A stretch of DNA of 64,000 bases, taken from Bacteroidota bacterium. Lineage in GTDB: Bacteria > Bacteroidota > Bacteroidia > Bacteroidales > FEN-979. A program made the position numbers and the translations under genes. Numbering within the stretch: position 1 is the stretch's first letter; every line of letters starts with the position of its first letter. Below, in pieces: positions 59,101 to 64,000 of the stretch. The notes beneath the pieces were generated by a model. That model was not told the origin of the DNA. It searched no databases and saw nothing but the letters and a program-made list of their open reading frames with translations. The stretch is taken from positions 137,712-201,711 of the forward strand of contig JAPLDO010000078.1 in assembly GCA_026391715.1 (NCBI GenBank), in the 5' to 3' direction.

Positions 59101-59597
59101 GTGTGGATTTTTCTAAAGCGGAGTGTCAGGACAACTCTAAAAAACATTTATTCGGGCTTTGTGATGACCGACCCGGACAACGGGCATATTTAGATGAAGT
59201 AGATGGCGGTAAATGGATTGCTGTTGTGGTAAACGATTACAGATACGAAACAACTTTCACCGCTGTTGACCATTGCATAGATTTGCAAAGAGATGATGGC
59301 AATTTGGCAAAAAGATGCGATGGCTTTTTATCTTACAATTCAACAGTAATTTTTGTTGAACTGAAAGAAAGAGGCGCAATGAATAATGCCTGGGTAACTG
59401 ATGGAGAAAAACAGTTGAGAAGTTCACTTGATTTTTTTAAGGCTGACAGCTACTCAAAAAGGTTCACAGCGAAAAAAGCATACATCGCAAACAGTGAACA
59501 TCCAAGGTTCAAAGTAAGTCAACTCAGACGAATGGAACAATTTCTGGACGACACGGGTTTTGTGCTGCGAATTGAAAACAGAATCATCCTCCAATAA
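59097..59597 (+). CDS. small partner protein with PD-(D/E)xK-like motif
   Basis: Its start overlaps the ATPase stop (ATGA at 59097-59100). CDGFLSYNSTVIFVELKERG fits D-x(n)-E-x-K. No other recognisable domain. Confidence 0.45.
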   Translation: MSVDFSKAECQDNSKKHLFGLCDDRPGQRAYLDEVDGGKWIAVVVNDYRYETTFTAVDHCIDLQRDDGNLAKRCDGFLSYNSTVIFVELKERGAMNNAWVTDGEKQLRSSLDFFKADSYSKRFTAKKAYIANSEHPRFKVSQLRRMEQFLDDTGFVLRIENRIILQ

Positions 59598-59612
59598 TGA
59601 AAGAATACCGAC

Positions 59613-61364
59613 ATGAAGACAAAACTACATTTTTTCATTTTATGTGCCATTTCCATTTTTTACGCTTCGGTGGTCTCCGCCCAGGAGCGCGGCATGCAGC
59701 CTGTCATTTTGAAAATTGACGGCAAAACCACCACGCTCTACCGGCAAAGTTACGCGCTGGTTATCGGGGTGAGCAAATACACAAGCGGATGGCCATCCCT
59801 TCCTGGCGTTGAAAGCGATGTAACGGCAGTGGTATCGGCGCTGGAGAAAAACGGGTTTAATGTTACAAAGGTCCTTAACCCTCAGACCAGGGCCGATCTG
59901 GAAACTGCCATTGAAAATTTTATCAACAGGCACGGGCAGGACACCAACAGCCGTTTGCTCTTTTATTTCGCCTTGCACGGTCACACCATCAAAATGTCAT
60001 ACGGGGAGAGCCTGGGCTACCTTTGTCCCGCCAACGCGCCAGACCCGAATACCAACAAGGCAGATTTTATAACAAAAGCTTTGCCCATGGAAGCTTTTGA
60101 TTTGTTCGCCAAAAAAATAAACTCGAAACATGCCCTGTTTTTGTTCGACGCCTGTTTTGCCGGGCAGGTCTTTTCCGCTACCCGCGCCGCGCCCGAGATA
60201 ATCCAATACAAAACCAGGTTGCCGGTGAGGCAGTTCATCACCAGCGGCGATGCCGATGAAACCGTTCCAGATGTGAGTATTTTCAGGCGGGTTTTTGTTC
60301 AGGCGTTAGAGGGGTATGCCGAAAAAGGCGGCGATGGTTACCTCACCGGCTCCGAACTGGGTGAATATCTTCAGGAACAGGTGGTCAACCTTTCGAATGG
60401 AACCCAGCACCCGCAGTATGGCAAGATCAGGAACATTTATTTAAACAAAGGCGATTTCGTGTTCGTGGTGAAACAAAACACGGCAAAGCCACCGGATGAA
60501 ATCATCATCGAACCGGAAAAACCAAGGATAGCTGACGCTTCGTTTATCCCCGCAGTGGTTTCCATTCCCGGCGGTACTTTCCTTATGGGCAGCAATGATG
60601 GGGAAGATGATGAAAAGCCGGTGCACCGGGTTACGGTAAGTGGTTTTTCGATGGGGAAATACGAAGTAACAGTTTCGCAGTTTAAGAAGTTTATTGACGA
60701 AACAGGCCACCGTACCGATGCCGATAAAGATGGCGGCAGTTACATGTGGACAGGCAGCGAGTGGGAAAAACGCGCCGGGGTAACCTGGAGGTGCGACGCG
60801 GAAGGGAACGCCCGCCCGCAAAACGAATATGACCACCCGGTGATCCACGTAAGCTGGAACGATGCCGTTGAATATTGCAGGTGGTTGAGCGGCAAGACCG
60901 GAAACACCTACCGTTTGCCAACCGAAGCCGAGTGGGAATATGCCGCTGGAAACGGCGCGAAACACACCAGGTACAGTTGGGGCAACGGGGAGCCATGGGG
61001 TAAAAATGGCGGGAACGTAGCCGATGAAGCGGCAAAAAGAAAATTTTCCGGTTGGACCATCTTTTCCGGTTATGACGACGGTTACGTGTTTACTTCGCCT
61101 GTTGGAACCTATAATCCAAACGAATTCGGACTTTACGACATGACCGGCAACGTTTGGGAGTGGTGCAGCGACTGGTATGGCGCGCAATATTACCAGGGCA
61201 GCCCGGCTTCCAACCCTGAAGGCCCTTCATCGGGCTCCGACCGTGTGTTTCGCGGTGGCGGTTGGCTCATCTACCCTCAGTACTGCCGCACTTCGTATCG
61301 CAGCGACCGCACCCCCGGCTACCGCAACTACTATTTGGGGTTTCGTTTGGTTTTTGTCCCATAG
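59613..61364 (+). CDS. secreted caspase-like (C14) - FGE-sulfatase/C-type-lectin-fold fusion protein, putative DGR target B
   Basis: Has a signal peptide ending VVSAQE and caspase motifs YALVIGVSKY, LHGH and LFDACFAG. FGE-type motifs are RLPTEAEWEYAAGNG, GNVWEWC, RGGGW and LGFRLVFVP. Confidence 0.85.
   Translation: MKTKLHFFILCAISIFYASVVSAQERGMQPVILKIDGKTTTLYRQSYALVIGVSKYTSGWPSLPGVESDVTAVVSALEKNGFNVTKVLNPQTRADLETAIENFINRHGQDTNSRLLFYFALHGHTIKMSYGESLGYLCPANAPDPNTNKADFITKALPMEAFDLFAKKINSKHALFLFDACFAGQVFSATRAAPEIIQYKTRLPVRQFITSGDADETVPDVSIFRRVFVQALEGYAEKGGDGYLTGSELGEYLQEQVVNLSNGTQHPQYGKIRNIYLNKGDFVFVVKQNTAKPPDEIIIEPEKPRIADASFIPAVVSIPGGTFLMGSNDGEDDEKPVHRVTVSGFSMGKYEVTVSQFKKFIDETGHRTDADKDGGSYMWTGSEWEKRAGVTWRCDAEGNARPQNEYDHPVIHVSWNDAVEYCRWLSGKTGNTYRLPTEAEWEYAAGNGAKHTRYSWGNGEPWGKNGGNVADEAAKRKFSGWTIFSGYDDGYVFTSPVGTYNPNEFGLYDMTGNVWEWCSDWYGAQYYQGSPASNPEGPSSGSDRVFRGGGWLIYPQYCRTSYRSDRTPGYRNYYLGFRLVFVP
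61170..61364 (+). repeat. putative DGR variable region, copy B
   Basis: Collinear with 63206-63400. Roughly two dozen substitutions fall in about 20 codons, nearly all at codon positions 1-2. The last 29 nt including the stop are identical. Confidence 0.65.
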
Positions 61365-61520
61365 TTTGGGGGAGGCTATTTTGCCATACCTTTTGAGCTA
61401 AGAAGAGACGAGTTTTGCAAGGAGGGAGGGAGGGACGACCGACCGACAAGGCAAAACGAGGAATTAACAATACCGCCCATGGCGGTCGAAATTTTTTTGA
61501 AAATGCAGCTAAAATTATTT
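61365..61520 (+). repeat. conserved 3' element after target B (IMH-like GC block, G-rich tract, hairpin, relic of HRDC gene start)
   Basis: Near-identical to 63401-63560. It contains GGAGGGAGGGAGGGACGACCGACCGAC (61421-61447) and the hairpin ACCGCC-CAT-GGCGGT (61472-61486). It ends with ATGCAGCTAAAATTATTTGCC, which resembles the HRDC ORF start. Confidence 0.75.
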
Positions 61521-61588
61521 GCCCGGATGTCACAAAGCAATCTTTTCGTCCACTTATTATTACCTTTAGTGCGATAAATTGCCACGTT

Positions 61589-63400
61589 ATGAAAACAGCC
61601 CTCCTCCTTGTCCTGCCTTTTTCCATTTTCATTTTTCACTTTTCACTTGTCTCAGCCCAGGAACGCGGCATGCAGCAGGTAAAGGTGAACATCGCCAACA
61701 AACCGGTTGTCCTTTATCAGAAAAGCTATGCCCTGCTGATTGGCGTAAGCGATTATTCCAATGGATTGAAAAAACTCCCTGGCGTAAAAGAGGACATTGA
61801 GGCAGTGAAAGATCAACTGGAAAAGTTCGGTTTCCTGGTGACGGTGGTCATGAACCCCGATAATACCGGGTTGACCAATGCGTTTAACAATTTCATCGCC
61901 AATTACGGGCAGGAGAAGGAGAGCCGTTTGGTTTTTTATTTTGCCGGGCATGGATATACAAGGAACATATACGGCAATGAGATAGGCTATCTGCTGCCTG
62001 TAAATTGCCCGAATCCGGAACTCAACCCATCCGGATTCCAGTCGAATGCCATGCCAATGGGTCAGATCGAACTCTTTGCCCAGCAGGTAGGGTCGAAGCA
62101 TGCCCTTTTTCTTTTTGACGCCTGTTTTTCGGGCGCTGTTTTTGCGCCGTCAAGGGATATTCCGGGGATCATATCATATAAAACTGAACTGCCTGTGCGC
62201 CAGTTCATCACCAGCGGCAGCGCCGACGAAACAGTGCCCGATCAAAGTATATTCCGCAGGCAGTTGTTGGCTGGCTTGCAGGGCGAAGCCGATTTAAACC
62301 ACGACCAATACATCACCGGTACCGAACTGGGGGATTATCTTCAAACAACCGTAGTAAATTATTCCCGCTCTTCATTGCATCCACAGGTAGGAAAAATCCG
62401 CGACCCGAAACTCGACGATGGCGATTTTGTGTTCGTGGTGAAAAATAACACGGCAAAGCCACCGGATGACATCATCATCGAACCGGCAAAAACATGGGTG
62501 CAATACGGCAAACTGGAACTCATGACCGAAATTGCGGGATCCCTTTACATTGACGGCGAAAACAAACAAACGCTCAATGCAAACACCATAAATACTTTTG
62601 GAAATCTTCCGGCAGGTTCGCACACCATTAAAATAGAAGGCGAAGAAACAGTTGAAAAGGAGGTTACCATAACTGCCAATGAAACGGCTAATTTAACCAT
62701 GAAAAAGAGGCCGCGGCAAGCTGCATCAACAGATAATGAAATGGTATTTGTGGAAGGCGGAACCTTTCAAATGGGCAGCAACGATGGGGATAGCGATGAA
62801 AAACCGGTACATTCGGTAACGCTCAATAATTTTTATATCGGCAAGACCGAAGTGACCCAAAAACAATGGAGGGAAGTGATGGGCAGTGATCCGCCGGATT
62901 TAAAAAACAAAGGTTGCGATCAATGTCCGGTGGAGAGTGTTTCATGGAATGATGTACAGGATTTCATCGCAAAACTGAACCGGAAAACCAATAAAACTTA
63001 TCGCCTGCCCACCGAAGCCGAATGGGAATATGCCGCAAGGGGCGGGAACAAAAGCAGGGGATACGCGTATAGCGGAAGCGCCAACGTTGGCGATGTTGCA
63101 TGGTATTCAGAAAATTCCGGTTCAAAAATCCACCCGGTCGCGCAAAAACAACCCAATGAACTGGGGCTGTACGACATGAGCGGCAACGTTTGGGAATGGT
63201 GCAGCGACTGGTATGTCGCGCAATATTACCAGAACAGCCCGGCTTCCAACCCCCAAGGCCCTTCATCGGGCTCCGACCGTGTGCTTCGCGGTGGCGGTTG
63301 GGACTACGACCCTCGGAACTGCCGCTCTTCGTTTCGCGGCAACGACCCCCCCGCCGACCGCGGCGACGATTTGGGGTTTCGTTTGGTTTTTGTCCCATAG
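61589..63400 (+). CDS. secreted caspase-like (C14) - PEGA-like - FGE-sulfatase/C-type-lectin-fold fusion protein, putative DGR target C
   Basis: A signal peptide starts at the ATG at 61589 (MKTALLLVLPFSIFIFHFSLVSAQE). Caspase motifs are YALLIGVSDY, AGHGY and LFDACFSG. A middle domain carries LPAGSHTIKIEGEE, and the FGE-type C-terminus is about 93-95 percent identical by eye to target A. Confidence 0.85.
   Translation: MKTALLLVLPFSIFIFHFSLVSAQERGMQQVKVNIANKPVVLYQKSYALLIGVSDYSNGLKKLPGVKEDIEAVKDQLEKFGFLVTVVMNPDNTGLTNAFNNFIANYGQEKESRLVFYFAGHGYTRNIYGNEIGYLLPVNCPNPELNPSGFQSNAMPMGQIELFAQQVGSKHALFLFDACFSGAVFAPSRDIPGIISYKTELPVRQFITSGSADETVPDQSIFRRQLLAGLQGEADLNHDQYITGTELGDYLQTTVVNYSRSSLHPQVGKIRDPKLDDGDFVFVVKNNTAKPPDDIIIEPAKTWVQYGKLELMTEIAGSLYIDGENKQTLNANTINTFGNLPAGSHTIKIEGEETVEKEVTITANETANLTMKKRPRQAASTDNEMVFVEGGTFQMGSNDGDSDEKPVHSVTLNNFYIGKTEVTQKQWREVMGSDPPDLKNKGCDQCPVESVSWNDVQDFIAKLNRKTNKTYRLPTEAEWEYAARGGNKSRGYAYSGSANVGDVAWYSENSGSKIHPVAQKQPNELGLYDMSGNVWEWCSDWYVAQYYQNSPASNPQGPSSGSDRVLRGGGWDYDPRNCRSSFRGNDPPADRGDDLGFRLVFVP
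63206..63400 (+). repeat. putative DGR variable region, copy C
   Basis: See copies A and B. The variable codons read GAC TAC GAC ... AAC ... GGC AAC GAC ... GCC GAC ... GGC GAC GAT. Confidence 0.65.
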
Positions 63401-63538
63401 TTCGGGGGCGGCTGTTTGGCCATGCCTTTTGAGCTAAGAAGAAACGAGTTTTGCAAGGAGGGAGGGAGGGACGACCGACCGACAAGGCAAAACGAGGAAT
63501 TAACAATACCGCCTGTGGCGGTCGAAAAAATTTTTGAA
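63401..63538 (+). promoter_or_regulatory. conserved 3' element after target C (IMH-like GC block, G-rich tract, hairpin)
   Basis: TTCGGGGGCGGCTGTTTGGCC follows the stop directly. The G-rich tract is at 63457-63483 and the hairpin ACCGCC-TGT-GGCGGT at 63508-63522. The stems are identical in copies B and C while the loops differ. Confidence 0.55.
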
Positions 63539-64000
63539 ATGCAACTGAAATTGTTCACCATCCCTGTAACCGACACAGGGGCTTTTACAGAAGAACTCAA
63601 CAGGTTTTTGCGCGCCAATAAAATACTGGAAGTCGAAAATCATTTGATAAGCAATGAACACGGGGCATCCTGGTGTTTTTGCGTAAAATATATCGAATCG
63701 GGCTGGACACCCCACCCCGGCGACCGGCCAAAAACAGATTATAAAACCGAGTTGGACGCGGAAACTTTTGAAGTGTTTTCAAAACTCAGGGAGGCTCGTA
63801 AACAGTTGGCTTTGGAGGATGCCGTTCCCGCATACGCTATCTGTACCGACCAGGAGATGGCTTTAATTGCCAAACTAAAAGAGTTGACCCTTGAAAATTT
63901 ACTTACCGTGAAAGGTTTTGGGGATAAAAAACTTGAAAAATACGGAAACCGGCTAATCCTTATAGTTAAACAAAAAACACAAGATGAAAAGGGCAGGGAA
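63539..64000 (+). CDS. HRDC-domain protein, N-terminal part (frame open to right window edge); candidate DGR accessory gene
   Basis: The frame runs uninterrupted from the ATG at 63539 to the window end. FEVFSKLREARKQLALEDAVPAYAICTDQEMALIAKL...VKGFGDKKLEKYG fits the HRDC consensus. It is absent from the ORF track because no stop is reached. Confidence 0.75.
   Translation, partial: MQLKLFTIPVTDTGAFTEELNRFLRANKILEVENHLISNEHGASWCFCVKYIESGWTPHPGDRPKTDYKTELDAETFEVFSKLREARKQLALEDAVPAYAICTDQEMALIAKLKELTLENLLTVKGFGDKKLEKYGNRLILIVKQKTQDEKGRE

Noticed and set aside
60441-61187. Long antisense or alternate-frame ORFs inside confident genes (for example 60441-61187, 62964-63506, 46285-47214, 23070-23726, 8159-8827, 56200-56685)
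   Set aside because: They are shadow ORFs opposite or overlapping genes with strong motif support. Their composition is low-complexity or Arg/Pro-rich, as is typical of antisense translation.
61415-61588. Long N-terminal extension of target C (ORF-track start at 61415)
   Set aside because: The extension reads through the duplicated 3' element of target B. A canonical signal peptide starts at the ATG at 61589, matching the N-terminus of target B.
56185-64000. Template repeat (TR) inside the window
   Set aside because: I looked for a fourth copy of the CGCGGTGGCGGTTGG / GGCCCTTCATCGGGCTCC blocks with A-rich variable codons. Only the three gene-terminal copies were seen, and none is adenine-rich at the variable columns. 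A TR may still lie beyond nt 64000.
1-64000. tRNA, rRNA, tmRNA, RNase P or riboswitch genes in intergenic gaps
   Set aside because: No cloverleaf-like or otherwise recognisable conserved RNA sequence was seen by eye in the larger gaps (7037-7267, 11013-11370, 41632-42034, 47695-48197, 48492-48923). A covariance-model scan would be needed to be sure.

Overview
This 64-kb window reads as a Bacteroidota chromosome segment. Supporting signs are two proteins with type IX secretion C-terminal sorting domains, sigma-54, a LytTR/LytS-type two-component pair, and recurrent TAnnTTTG -7 boxes 15-40 nt upstream of start codons. All calls rest on motifs read from the supplied translations and on repeats read by eye; no database search was run. 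Recognisable housekeeping genes are tmk, ackA, lysS, glyQS and rpoN. Other ordinary content includes two B12-binding radical SAM enzymes, an SDR epimerase/dehydratase, a U32 peptidase, a sugar MFS transporter plus nucleotidyltransferase, a MacAB-type ABC efflux operon with adaptor and TolC, an MsbA-like exporter, a PLD-family protein, and an aspartate:alanine antiporter next to aspartate 4-decarboxylase. Accessory content includes an AT-rich controller-HTH / Dam-type methyltransferase / restriction endonuclease cassette followed by an MNT plus truncated-HEPN pair. There is also a decayed AlbA_2-type gene and several repeat families: (AGGGACG)n heptamer arrays placed directly 3' of stop codons, C/G-rich palindromes, and a composite hairpin element. 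The most interesting region is the right-hand ~15 kb (48.9-64 kb). It starts with an ECF sigma factor interrupted by an in-frame TAG, an anti-sigma-like protein, and paralogous secreted proteins with a Cys-His-Asp (transglutaminase-like) signature. It then carries three caspase(C14)-FGE/C-type-lectin fusion genes whose last ~35-55 codons differ in the pattern expected of diversity-generating retroelement (DGR) variable regions. Each of these genes is followed by a conserved 3' element, and an HRDC accessory ORF runs off the right edge. An overlapping ABC-type ATPase plus small PD-(D/E)xK-like gene pair sits between the first and second target genes. The reverse transcriptase and template repeat are not in the window and are predicted just to the right. 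No rRNA, tRNA or CRISPR array was recognised.
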